Positions 28,133 to 37,585 of a stretch of DNA of 64,000 nucleotides are shown here, one piece after another. A model generated the notes under the pieces. That model searched no databases. It was given only the letters and a program-made list of their open reading frames with translations, and was not told the DNA's origin. Source of the DNA: an uncultured Methylococcus sp. (lineage in GTDB: Bacteria; Pseudomonadota; Gammaproteobacteria; Methylococcales; Methylococcaceae); the NCBI GenBank assembly GCA_903835265.1, contig CAILMG010000176.1, forward strand, positions 19,283 through 83,282, written 5' to 3'. Numbering within the stretch: position 1 is the first letter of the stretch; every line of letters begins with the position of its first letter. The position numbers and the translations under genes were made by a program.

Positions 28133-29287
28133 TTATTTAGGTTTTAGGGGGGGTGCGCTAAGGCACTCCCTGTAGAGTCCCAGTGTGGCGTTCACCACTT
28201 TTTCAATACCAAATTCCTGTTCGGCTCGTTGTCGTCCCCGTTGCGCGAGCCGCTCCCTAAGGGGGCGGTCTTCGATCAGTCGACGGAGGGCCTCTGCGAG
28301 ATGCGCCACATCGCGGGCTGGAACCAATAGTCCATTCTCTTCATGTGCCACGGCTTCTCGGCAGCCGGGCATATCGGTGGTGATGATCGGGCGTTGGGAA
28401 GCGGCCGCTTCCAGAAGGACCTTTGGAACCCCTTCGCCATAATAGGACGGCAGACAAACGATATGGCACTGTGAAAAGACCCACGGCATATCCGACTGTT
28501 GGCCCCACCATTCGATAGCGCCCTCTTGGACCCAGATTTTGATCTGCTCCTTTTGGATGGAGGAGTGATTTTCGGTATCCGGTTCTCCAACCAGGATAAA
28601 GCGGGCCTTGAGCCCTTCGCGCTTTAGTTTCTTGGCAGCAGCAACAAACTCCCCAACCCCCTTATCCCATAATAATCGGGCCGCCATCACCACGACGGGA
28701 GGCCCCGAGGGTTCTGGCGTGGGTGTGAAGCGGTCGAGGTCGGCACCTGAGCCGCGGATCAAAAGGGCCTGGTTTGGTTCGATCGTTCCTGATTCCACCA
28801 GAAGCCGAAGATCATCTGGATTTTGAACGATGACTCGACCAGAGCGGAGGAGGAGGGCTTTAAGCGCAACATGAACCAGTCGGCGGAGGTGGCCTGATCG
28901 GCCATTGACGGCAAAGAGATGGCCAAGGCCTGCAAGGGCATTAATGACAGAGGCCTTACTGCCAAATTTAGCCGCAAGGCTGCCATAGAGCACCGGTTTC
29001 ATGGCGACATTATGGAGAATGTCAGGTCTTTCTGAACGCAGAATCCCATAGAGCTTGAGGAGAGTTCGCCAGTCCTTGAAAGGATTTTTGGCGCCCCGCG
29101 AGAGATCCAAGGGCAGGAGGCGAATACCGGCCGCTTCGATGATGGATCTATGGGCCTGAACCCGGGTGGCCAGAACCACTTCGTAACCCGCCTCCCTCGC
29201 GGCGATCGCAAGCGGCAGTCGATGCGAGCAGAAATACCAGTCTTCGGTCACAAAAAACAATAATTTCGGTTTTCGAGGGACATTCAA
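28133..29287 (-). CDS. Glycosyltransferase family 4 (GT-B)
   Basis: The EX7E motif is GEGVPKVLLEAAAS. The ORF-track start (29395) would overlap the AsnB-like gene by 90 nt. TTG at 29287, preceded by GGAG 8 nt upstream, gives a start just before KPKLLFFVTEDW.... Confidence 0.8.
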   Translation of the reverse strand: MNVPRKPKLLFFVTEDWYFCSHRLPLAIAAREAGYEVVLATRVQAHRSIIEAAGIRLLPLDLSRGAKNPFKDWRTLLKLYGILRSERPDILHNVAMKPVLYGSLAAKFGSKASVINALAGLGHLFAVNGRSGHLRRLVHVALKALLLRSGRVIVQNPDDLRLLVESGTIEPNQALLIRGSGADLDRFTPTPEPSGPPVVVMAARLLWDKGVGEFVAAAKKLKREGLKARFILVGEPDTENHSSIQKEQIKIWVQEGAIEWWGQQSDMPWVFSQCHIVCLPSYYGEGVPKVLLEAAASQRPIITTDMPGCREAVAHEENGLLVPARDVAHLAEALRRLIEDRPLRERLAQRGRQRAEQEFGIEKVVNATLGLYRECLSAPPLKPK

Positions 29288-29304
29288 GGGGTTAGCTCCA
29301 GGGA

Positions 29305-31314
29305 TCAATGCGTGTTCTCGAGCCAGGCTTGGAACATCAGGACACTCCACAGGCGATGCGATTCGTTGTGTCGACCTGATTGATGACGTAACCACGTTTC
29401 CTGGATCAGTCGAGGATGGAGATAGCCCTCTTTCTTGAGGCGTTGAGTCTCAATCAGTGCTTCCGCCCAGTCCTTGAGGGGGCCTCTTAGCCAGGCATCG
29501 ATAGGGACCCCAAAGCCCATTTTGGGACGTTCGACCAAGGCTTTAGGGACATGGCGGTAAAGCAATTGCCGCAATAACCACTTCCCTTCGTTTTCGCGAA
29601 TCTTCATCGAGAGCGGCAGAGTTGCCGCAAATTCGACGACCCGGTGATCGAGAAAGGGAATGCGAGTTTCAAGGCTCATCGCCATGGCGGCTCGATCGAC
29701 CTTGACGAGGATGTCATCGGGAAGATAGCCCACCTGATCGAGATACATCATCCGATTTTCCACTTCCCGCAGTTCAGGCCATTGGGTCGGGTCATTCATC
29801 ACCGTGGCGGATTCCTTAGGGTTCCCTATCAGGGCCCGACTGGGGTCTTTCCAGTGGGATAAAAGGTCAAGATAAAGGGCTTCCGGTGTCTTGGCTGAAA
29901 GCAATTGCGAGAGCTTGTGGATCTTATCGCCAGGACTCGAATAGCGGAGCCCACTGGGCAGCATGAAGCCCAGCGTTCTAAAAAGGGTATCCCAGGCATG
30001 CGGCGGAAATGCCGTCATCAGGGCCGATAGGGTCTGCCGCGCGCCCTGAGGGAAAAAACGCAGGCGCCGCCCAATCTGCATGGCCCAGACATGACGATTG
30101 TAGCCACCAAAGAGCTCATCGCCACCGTCACCGGAGAGGCTGACGGTGACACTTTCGCGGGCGAGTTTGGCGACCAACAGGGTCGGAATTTGGGAAGAGT
30201 CGGCAAACGGTTCGTCATAGTGTGCCGGGAGTCCTGGAATGATGGCGAGGGCATCCGCTGGTGTCAGCAAGAGATCAGTGTGATGCGTGCCGAGATGCTG
30301 AGCAACGGCTCTTGCTGCCTCGGCCTCGTTGTAGGCCGCCTCTTCAAAACCGATGGTGAAGGTGTTCACCGGGCGTGGTGATTGCGCTTGCATGAGAGCG
30401 ACCACGAGGCTCGAATCAAAGCCTCCTGAAAGGAAGGCGCCAACCGGAACATCGGCCATCATCTGTCCTTGAATCGCCTCTCGAAGGAGATGATCAAGGC
30501 GCTCAATCGCCTCAGACTCGGTGCCTTGAAAGGGGCGGAGCTGTCCTTTGAGGGCACTATCCTTAGCTGACCAGTAGGTGACCGGTTGGGCGTTGGGTCG
30601 ATGGGTGCCGAGGGCGATATAGGTTCCCGCGGGCAGTTTTTGAATGCCAGAGTAGATGGTATGGGGGGCTGGGATGAAGTTATGTCGCAGGAGCAACGCC
30701 AGTGCACTGCGGTTAATGTCATGGTTAAAGGCAGGGTGCTGTCTCAGCGCCTTCAATTCCGATCCAAAAAGGAGGATGTCTCCCTGAAAGCCGTAATAGA
30801 GGGGCTTTTCGCCCAACCGATCCCTCGCGAGATAAAGCAACTTGTCCTGACGATCCCAGAGAGCAAAGGCGAACATACCGACACATTGCTTGAGGGTTTC
30901 CCCGACACCAAAGGCGTCGATGGCGGCCAGCAATGTTTCGGTATCGGAGTGTCCCTTGAAGGGGGTGAATGCAGAGGTGCCTGAGGATATTAAGGCGTCG
31001 ACCAGCGGATGATCCGGTGTCCATTCGCGCTCCCTAAGCTTCGCTCTGATCGCAAGATGGTTGTAGATTTCGCCATTGAAGGCGATCACATAACGGCCCG
31101 AGGCGGAAGTCATCGGCTGATGTCCCGCGGCGGAGAGGTCTAAAATGGCGAGGCGTCGATGGCCGAGAGCGATCCCGGCGTTGGCGTCTGTCCACACCCC
31201 CCCATCATCAGGGCCTCGATGGGTGAGGGTTGCCGCCATTCTTCGAAGGGTGTTTTCCATCACCTCAGAAGAACTTCTCTGAGAGCAGTCCAAAAAGCCG
31301 GTCAATCCGCACAT
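29305..31314 (-). CDS. asnB: Asparagine synthase (glutamine-hydrolysing)-like amidotransferase of polysaccharide loci
   Basis: 669 aa. The N-terminal nucleophile is MCGLTGF (Cys2), and the PP-loop is AFLSGGFDSS. Confidence 0.85.
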   Translation of the reverse strand: MCGLTGFLDCSQRSSSEVMENTLRRMAATLTHRGPDDGGVWTDANAGIALGHRRLAILDLSAAGHQPMTSASGRYVIAFNGEIYNHLAIRAKLREREWTPDHPLVDALISSGTSAFTPFKGHSDTETLLAAIDAFGVGETLKQCVGMFAFALWDRQDKLLYLARDRLGEKPLYYGFQGDILLFGSELKALRQHPAFNHDINRSALALLLRHNFIPAPHTIYSGIQKLPAGTYIALGTHRPNAQPVTYWSAKDSALKGQLRPFQGTESEAIERLDHLLREAIQGQMMADVPVGAFLSGGFDSSLVVALMQAQSPRPVNTFTIGFEEAAYNEAEAARAVAQHLGTHHTDLLLTPADALAIIPGLPAHYDEPFADSSQIPTLLVAKLARESVTVSLSGDGGDELFGGYNRHVWAMQIGRRLRFFPQGARQTLSALMTAFPPHAWDTLFRTLGFMLPSGLRYSSPGDKIHKLSQLLSAKTPEALYLDLLSHWKDPSRALIGNPKESATVMNDPTQWPELREVENRMMYLDQVGYLPDDILVKVDRAAMAMSLETRIPFLDHRVVEFAATLPLSMKIRENEGKWLLRQLLYRHVPKALVERPKMGFGVPIDAWLRGPLKDWAEALIETQRLKKEGYLHPRLIQETWLRHQSGRHNESHRLWSVLMFQAWLENTH

Positions 31315-31355
31315 GGGCGTTAAACAATAAAAAAGCTTGAAAATCCCGATGGAAT

Positions 31356-32525
31356 TTAGGTGGTTAGAGAGGGTTCATCTTGTCGGTCCGTCTTGAGATG
31401 CACGAGCCCCGTGAACAGACGGTCATAATGATCGACCATATTGATCACATTATAGCGCTCCACTATCCGCTCCCTGGCGGCTTTGCCGCGATCTCTTCGT
31501 TCAAGGTCGTCACAGGTGCAAGCGCTTAAGAGTGCCCTTAAGAGATCCTCGGGATTTGAAGGCTCTGCGAGCCAACCACTGGCGCCTAAGATCTCGTTCG
31601 AAATCCCAACGCGGGTTGATACGCAGGGGGTTCCTGAGGCCATGGCTTCCGCTAACACGCCGCCAAAGGCTTCGCTGATAGAGCATAGAACCAGGAGGTC
31701 AAGTGCCCTATAGACTCGGTTCATATCGGTCCGACTCCCTAAAAGGAGAACCTGATCATGGAGGTTTTCCTGGGTGATCAGCGCCATCAGTGCCTCATTA
31801 CCAGAATGGATTCCAGGCCCACATAAAAGGAATCGGACGTTCTTCTTTTGATCAGCCAGGCCTCTTGCGGCCTTCAGAAACCCTCGGTGATCCTTCACCG
31901 GATGAAAGCGAGCCGCAAGACCAATCAGAAACGTGTCAGGAGCGATACCCAAGTCTTCCCGGAAACGTTGACGATCATCGTTGTCTGGATAAAAGACGTC
32001 GCAATCGACCCCGTTACTGATGATCTCAGAGTGTGGCTGGTGATACCCGCAGGACCAGTGCTGCTCGGCGCTAGGGGGTGAAGGAAAAAGAATGCGATCC
32101 GCTTTTTTTGATAATTGGGCATTCAAGAGGATGACGGCTCGGGTGGTTTTTTTTTCCTCGGCCCAATTGCTGAGGGCATTATGGATGCCAAAGATCAATG
32201 GGGTTGGTTTTCTGGCAACGAGGCGTCCCAGAAAGGCCAGAAGATTTCCATGATACATCCAACCCTGCAAGATATCGGGTTGCCATGCTCGAACGAACCG
32301 GATGAATTGAACGAGCCCTTTGAGGCTGCTTTGAGGGCGGTTGAGGTGGAGCGCCATGAGGGGAACCCCCATGGCTCTGATATCGCTGCCCACCTCACCT
32401 TCCCCCAGTAATGAGAGGACGGTGACATCAAAACGTCGTCGATCAAGGCCTTTGAGCAATTGAACTAGCGTGGTTTCGGCGCCGCCTCTTGGGAGGCCTG
32501 AGATGATGAAAAGGATCCTGATCAT
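31356..32525 (-). CDS. Glycosyltransferase family 4 (GT-B)
   Basis: 389 aa. The N-terminus is MIRILFIISGLPRGGAE, and the EX7E motif is SEAFGGVLAEAMASG. Confidence 0.85.
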   Translation of the reverse strand: MIRILFIISGLPRGGAETTLVQLLKGLDRRRFDVTVLSLLGEGEVGSDIRAMGVPLMALHLNRPQSSLKGLVQFIRFVRAWQPDILQGWMYHGNLLAFLGRLVARKPTPLIFGIHNALSNWAEEKKTTRAVILLNAQLSKKADRILFPSPPSAEQHWSCGYHQPHSEIISNGVDCDVFYPDNDDRQRFREDLGIAPDTFLIGLAARFHPVKDHRGFLKAARGLADQKKNVRFLLCGPGIHSGNEALMALITQENLHDQVLLLGSRTDMNRVYRALDLLVLCSISEAFGGVLAEAMASGTPCVSTRVGISNEILGASGWLAEPSNPEDLLRALLSACTCDDLERRDRGKAARERIVERYNVINMVDHYDRLFTGLVHLKTDRQDEPSLTT

Positions 32526-32552
32526 GGCGCGTTTTTTAGGGTTTTAGGCGGG

Positions 32553-33506
32553 TCAGGGTTTCAGGTATCGATCAACCCAGGTTGGATAGGGTGATTCGAG
32601 AAAGCCGCTGAGCCGCCTGACATCCTCTCGGTAGAAGTCCTGAAGTGTTGTCACCAAAGGTTTCGGTATCGGCTCGGAGACATCACTTGAAATGTGTTGG
32701 TAGAAATGGGCTTTGCCTGCCTCAATCATCCCTCTTGGGAGCACGTTCCTGATCAATGTCTTGAGGCCGGATGTGGCTAAAAATCGGTTAAGCCCTTGAT
32801 GCCTTGCCTGGCCCCAGTCGTTCAATCGGGCAGCCTCATTCGTGAATCCCTCTGCGTCGACCTTGAGGAAAAGGCTGAGGGTTTGATCGAGGAGAGGTCT
32901 TTGATTGAGGTCCTCGATATCGAGGATCAGGAGCTGATTTTTTGGGAAGTACTTTCGGAACCGATGGAGACCTTCACCATAAAGCCCGCTATCAAGGAGG
33001 CCGTGGCGAGAAAGGGCGCCTGATTCAAGATCGCACAGTTCCTCCCTTATCGCCTCTTCAAAGGTATCGGGGATCAAGGCATCTCTCTTTTCCATCCGAT
33101 AATGCGAGAGGGCTCGCTGAATCGGGTCCCTGATGACAACGATCAGCTTGGCGTTTGGATGAGAGGCCTGAATGAGCGCGGCCGCTTGGGTGGATCTGAG
33201 GTAAAAGGGGCAGGCCTCTCCCTGGTAACGCTCAGGACCCTCTGATGCCATCAGTTTTTGGTAGGCCTCGACGTCCTTGATGAGGCCATTGTGGCGACTT
33301 TCACCCTTTTGAATCAGCGCGCTCACTTGGGCTAAGTTCAGGGATTGAATATGACTCAGGACGGGCCAGAGATCCTGGCAGTAGTGATACGTTTCCTTGA
33401 CTGGCGACATCCTGATAGCCGGATGGCTATTGAGGAGGGCATGGAGGGTGGTCGTTCCCGCCTTGGTGGCTCCAATCACAAAAAGAGGCTCTTTCTTGGT
33501 CATCAT
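32553..33506 (-). CDS. PAPS-dependent sulfotransferase
   Basis: The 5'-PSB loop is GATKAGTTTL and the 3'-PB motif is RDPIQRALSHY. The start is taken at the Met-Met (MMTKKEP...) so that it does not overlap the upstream GT2 stop. Confidence 0.8.
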   Translation of the reverse strand: MMTKKEPLFVIGATKAGTTTLHALLNSHPAIRMSPVKETYHYCQDLWPVLSHIQSLNLAQVSALIQKGESRHNGLIKDVEAYQKLMASEGPERYQGEACPFYLRSTQAAALIQASHPNAKLIVVIRDPIQRALSHYRMEKRDALIPDTFEEAIREELCDLESGALSRHGLLDSGLYGEGLHRFRKYFPKNQLLILDIEDLNQRPLLDQTLSLFLKVDAEGFTNEAARLNDWGQARHQGLNRFLATSGLKTLIRNVLPRGMIEAGKAHFYQHISSDVSEPIPKPLVTTLQDFYREDVRRLSGFLESPYPTWVDRYLKP

Positions 33507-33516
33507 GAGTGAATCC

Positions 33517-34443
33517 CTAGACGCGCCCCTTGAGGCCGGAGCGCCAGATGAAAACACGATGGCGAAGAGGGGTCGGAAGCAGCAGTGAAAGGAGAAGAAT
33601 CAGGACCTCGAGGGGGTTCATCCCATGCCGCAGAGACTCTATCGCGTGTTGGAGGCAGTGGGGTAAATCCCCGCACAATCCGTCATACATGGCGGCATGG
33701 AAAAGATGTCGGGCATAGACCTTGGGGCAATGGGTCAGCCAATCTTCTGAATAGCGGCAGAGAAGTTCGCGGTAGCCTTTGGCGAGATCCGCTGAACGCT
33801 CAATGGTGACTCTGGCACTGGTGAGGTTTTGCCCATGGTTCATGTGGTAGATGAGGGCAGGTTGCTGAATGTAAAGGAATTTGTAGTGTTTTGCGATCTC
33901 ATACCAGCGAAGCCCTTCAAGTCCATTGCCTCCGGTCCAAAAGGGGGCGGTCTCCAGCGCCTTTCGACGAAAGATCCTCAGCGCCTCGCCTTGTGCTTTG
34001 CAGCCACAGAGGAGGTCTTCATAGCCTAAAATCATCCTATCCTCGGCAAACTGTGAATGACCCCCACCTCCCTTTGGAGTGCGAACAGCAAAGGCCGCGA
34101 CGCCAATGTCTTCTGGCGCCTCTGAGAGGGTCCTCACCATGAGAGCGAGTGTTTCAGGGGTGGCCAGTTCGTCATCACTGTCGAGGAAGAGGACGAGATC
34201 CGCGCTAACCTCGCGTTCTCCCCTCGCTCTTGCGACATTGCAGCCCTGATGGTTCTGACGAATGTAATGGATACGTTCATCTTTTAGTTGGCTAAAGAAT
34301 TGATCGGTGTGGTCCATGGAACCGTCGTCGACGACAATCCATTGAAATCGCCTTTCACTCTGACATGCAAGGGATGCCCAGGTCCTTGGTAGGAGATGGG
34401 CGCGATTGAAGGTGGGCGTGATGATGCTGACGAGGGGACTCAT
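33517..34443 (-). CDS. Glycosyltransferase family 2
   Basis: 308 aa. The N-terminal signature is VSIITPTFNRAHLL...VVDDGS.D, and the DxD motif is LDSDDEL. Confidence 0.85.
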   Translation of the reverse strand: MSPLVSIITPTFNRAHLLPRTWASLACQSERRFQWIVVDDGSMDHTDQFFSQLKDERIHYIRQNHQGCNVARARGEREVSADLVLFLDSDDELATPETLALMVRTLSEAPEDIGVAAFAVRTPKGGGGHSQFAEDRMILGYEDLLCGCKAQGEALRIFRRKALETAPFWTGGNGLEGLRWYEIAKHYKFLYIQQPALIYHMNHGQNLTSARVTIERSADLAKGYRELLCRYSEDWLTHCPKVYARHLFHAAMYDGLCGDLPHCLQHAIESLRHGMNPLEVLILLLSLLLPTPLRHRVFIWRSGLKGRV

Positions 34444-34474
34444 CGGGCACGGACCTTAAGGCTTTCGGAGGGAT

Positions 34475-35092
34475 TCATGAACGGTTCGGTTTCAGGATGT
34501 CATTTTGAACGAGGAAGGTCAGAACGCGATCAACCGACGCCTCGAGGGATTCCACCTCGGTGTTAATGATGAGGTCCGGATGCAGGGGTTCTTCATAAGG
34601 CGATGAGATTCCGGTGAACTCCTTGATCTCCCCCAGTCGGGCCTTTTGATAAAGCCCTTTGACATCCCGTTGCTCGCAAATTTCAATGCTGGCTTGGCAA
34701 TAGATTTCAAAAAAATCGCCGGCTTCAAAGAGTTTTCGAGCCTGGTCTCGATCGATCCTCAGAGGCGATATAAAAGCAGTTAAGACGATGTTGCCCGCAT
34801 CAACAAAGAGTTTGGCCGTTTCGCTGATCCGCCGGATATTTTCAGAGCGATCCTCAAGACTAAAACTGAGATCTGAACAGAGTCCATGGCGGACATTATC
34901 GCCATCGAGGACATAGGTATGCCCTCCGCGTTGATGCAGCGATTCTTCGACCGCGTGGGCGAGGGTTGATTTTCCAGCCCCCGATAAGCCAGTGAACCAA
35001 AGGACCGCCGATCGATGTCCGAAGAGCAAAGCTCTTCGATGCCGGGTGACGGTGGCGGCATGGCGGATCAGATGGAGGTTCTGGGTGCTCAT
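34475..35092 (-). CDS. cysC: Adenylyl-sulfate (APS) kinase
   Basis: 205 aa. The P-loop is GLSGAGKST, and [10 protein letters not shown] and FISP motifs are present. Confidence 0.9.
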   Translation of the reverse strand: MSTQNLHLIRHAATVTRHRRALLFGHRSAVLWFTGLSGAGKSTLAHAVEESLHQRGGHTYVLDGDNVRHGLCSDLSFSLEDRSENIRRISETAKLFVDAGNIVLTAFISPLRIDRDQARKLFEAGDFFEIYCQASIEICEQRDVKGLYQKARLGEIKEFTGISSPYEEPLHPDLIINTEVESLEASVDRVLTFLVQNDILKPNRS

Positions 35093-36003
35093 GAGGTCTT
35101 TTTGGCGACAGAGTCTAAGGTTTGGGACCCTTTGAGCCAGTGAGAAAGGTCTCGATCGAGAAGGTCAGAGAGCCGCTGGATATCGTCTCTAAAGTGATTT
35201 TCAAGGACGTCTCTCATGGCGGGACTTAAGGGGTCTCGATCCCGATAGGTCACATTTTTTTTCTCAAGCCCCCCAAGGAGCCCGAAGCTTTTCCGGATGC
35301 CGAGCGTTTCCTTCAGGAGAATCATCGCTTGCATCAGGGTGTGGGCGAACTTCGATTTACGCACTTTCGCTGGATTTCTGAGCGGGAAGATCTCGCGGCC
35401 ATCATCGGGAAGGCCCAAAAAGGAGAGGACCTTAAGATAATGCTGGCGCGGATTGTCTTTAACATCATCCAGCAAGAGCGTGTGGACTTTGCTCCTTTGG
35501 ACCGTCTTCAAGAGTCTTTCAAGCTGTTCACCAATGAGGCAGGCGCTCCCATAATCAAGATGTCTTGGGTTTCGGCACCAGGTCGATGTCATTTTACCTG
35601 CTGCTCGGTCAGCATTCAGCGCCCAAGCCTCTTCGAAATCAAGGATGTGTTCGTAGCCTAAAAAGACTTTTTGCTCGTGCAGTGAATAAGCCATTTCGAC
35701 GGGGTTTCGAAGGCAGACAATGTAGCGAGCGTCTTGGCGATAGGCCTCGATGTTGTTGGCTGCCTCTTTGGAGTAAAGGTACCAGGTAGAGGCTTCGCCA
35801 ATGGCGAGATGCTCTTCTGTCGCCCCCTGAAATAGGGCTTCATAGGCAGCAAGGTCGGGGTAGCTTCGGTGGTCATCGGAATTAAAGTGATGGGGCTCCT
35901 TTTCCGGTGAGAAGTACACGTTGGGATGGGCAGAAAGCCAAAAGGCCAGAGATGTGGTTCCGGCTTTTGGGGCGCCAACAATAAAGAAATTGGGTTTCGG
36001 CAT
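35089..36003 (-). CDS. PAPS-dependent sulfotransferase
   Basis: 304 aa. The 5'-PSB loop is [10 protein letters not shown] and the 3'-PB-like motif is [12 protein letters not shown]. It overlaps cysC by 4 nt. Confidence 0.8.
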   Translation of the reverse strand: MPKPNFFIVGAPKAGTTSLAFWLSAHPNVYFSPEKEPHHFNSDDHRSYPDLAAYEALFQGATEEHLAIGEASTWYLYSKEAANNIEAYRQDARYIVCLRNPVEMAYSLHEQKVFLGYEHILDFEEAWALNADRAAGKMTSTWCRNPRHLDYGSACLIGEQLERLLKTVQRSKVHTLLLDDVKDNPRQHYLKVLSFLGLPDDGREIFPLRNPAKVRKSKFAHTLMQAMILLKETLGIRKSFGLLGGLEKKNVTYRDRDPLSPAMRDVLENHFRDDIQRLSDLLDRDLSHWLKGSQTLDSVAKKTS

Positions 36004-36046
36004 CGCTTGATCAATTCGTTGAAGTCAAAGCTTAGGTTTTGGGTGG

Positions 36047-37585
36047 CTATGGGCTACGGTCGGCTGATCGCTCAGATGTCCGCTTGAATCGCGCCAGCGC
36101 CCTTTTGAAAAGGTCGCGGGCTAGCCGGCTATCGTCCCGTCTAAGGAGGATCGGCCACGCGCTAAGAATAAGAAAAGCCGCACTATGGGGAATCATCATC
36201 CAGTGGGCGAGGTTCAATTGTCTTAAAGGATACACGACGAACAAGGCTAAAAGGGCGGCGAAGGTCATCAGAATGAGCCATTGAAGGTGACGTTTGAACT
36301 GGACTTTAATCCCAAGTCTTGCCATCGAAGAGAGCGAGGCGAGGAGCATGCCCCATTGGCTCAGAGAGGTTGCAAGGGCGACGCCTTTCGCACCCCATTC
36401 AAAAACGAACATGAAGATAAAGCCAAAAATAACGTTTAGAAACAGGCCAAAGAGGATGCGTTTGGCCACGAGCTTGAGTCGGTTCTCAACCTGAAAGATT
36501 TGTCCGATGGGGGCGATCAAGAGAATCGGGATGATGGCAAAGGCAAAATGGGTGGTGCACGAGGCCACCAACAAGGTATTGTCATGGCTGAAGTTGCCCC
36601 GTTCAAGAAAGAGGCCGACCGCCTCTTCTGAAAATCCAAAAATCAGGAAAGTCATGATGACGCCGGTCGTCATGCTGGCGGAGATCAGCTGGTTTAGCTT
36701 GATGGTTTTTTCTTCACTTTTTTTCGAGGACTCGGCGTAAATGGTGATGAAGGGGCCGTCGAGCCTTAAGAGTTCTGGGACGATGTTGATCAGCGTCCAG
36801 CCATAGGCGACAGCGCTGACGGCGCCTTGGGGGAGGAAGGAGACGAATTGGCGGTCGATGAGGGCATAGATGTACTGAGCGGCGTAGATGAAGAGGAGCG
36901 AGGGGATCATCGGCAACAGTCGTTTGATGCGGGCTGAAAAGGGGCTTCCCAGCAATTGAATGCTTCCCCTTAAGCCGACTAGGGTGAGGCAAAAGGCGAG
37001 GCTTACACCAAGACTGTAGGACCAGATCATCACGCCACGCGTGGTCGGGTAGGTCACAATCGAGGCCAGGATCGTGATGGCGATGAGGAATTCGTTGCGA
37101 TAGGCGATCGAGAAGCGCCGCTGAGCCTTGGAGAAGGAGTACAGCATTTTTAAAGGGATGTAGAGAAAGACCAAGGGTCCGGCCCAGTGAATGGTTGTTT
37201 TTAGATAGGCCATCCGCTCGGCATCAAATCCCCAGGCGAGTTGGGTCAAAATCGGCCAGGCGAGCGTCACGATCGTGCCTAGAGCCATTGAGAAAAGGAC
37301 GCTCAAGGTGAAGAGGTTCCCGGTGAAGGCTCTGGCTTCCTCGCTTTTACCGGCCATTTGGAGTCTGACCAGCTCAGGGACGGCAATGACGTCAGCGATC
37401 TTCGACCAGCTAAAAACAAAGAGGCCAATCAAACTCACCGTCATGTAGAAGACGTCGAGTTCGATGCCAAGACCCAGGGTTGAGGCAATGATGACATGCT
37501 TCAATAGGGCGGTGGCCCGATCGAGCAAGGTCCAGATGACCGATGAAAAGATCGCCTCGATATAGCTTTGGGCGCGCCCTTTCAT
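36047..37585 (-). CDS. MOP-superfamily flippase (MurJ/MviN-like or Wzx-like polysaccharide-unit flippase)
   Basis: 512 aa with about 14 predicted TM segments. The MurJ-like N-terminus is ...LLDRATALLKHVIIASTLGLGIELDVFY.... Confidence 0.7.
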   Translation of the reverse strand: MKGRAQSYIEAIFSSVIWTLLDRATALLKHVIIASTLGLGIELDVFYMTVSLIGLFVFSWSKIADVIAVPELVRLQMAGKSEEARAFTGNLFTLSVLFSMALGTIVTLAWPILTQLAWGFDAERMAYLKTTIHWAGPLVFLYIPLKMLYSFSKAQRRFSIAYRNEFLIAITILASIVTYPTTRGVMIWSYSLGVSLAFCLTLVGLRGSIQLLGSPFSARIKRLLPMIPSLLFIYAAQYIYALIDRQFVSFLPQGAVSAVAYGWTLINIVPELLRLDGPFITIYAESSKKSEEKTIKLNQLISASMTTGVIMTFLIFGFSEEAVGLFLERGNFSHDNTLLVASCTTHFAFAIIPILLIAPIGQIFQVENRLKLVAKRILFGLFLNVIFGFIFMFVFEWGAKGVALATSLSQWGMLLASLSSMARLGIKVQFKRHLQWLILMTFAALLALFVVYPLRQLNLAHWMMIPHSAAFLILSAWPILLRRDDSRLARDLFKRALARFKRTSERSADRSP

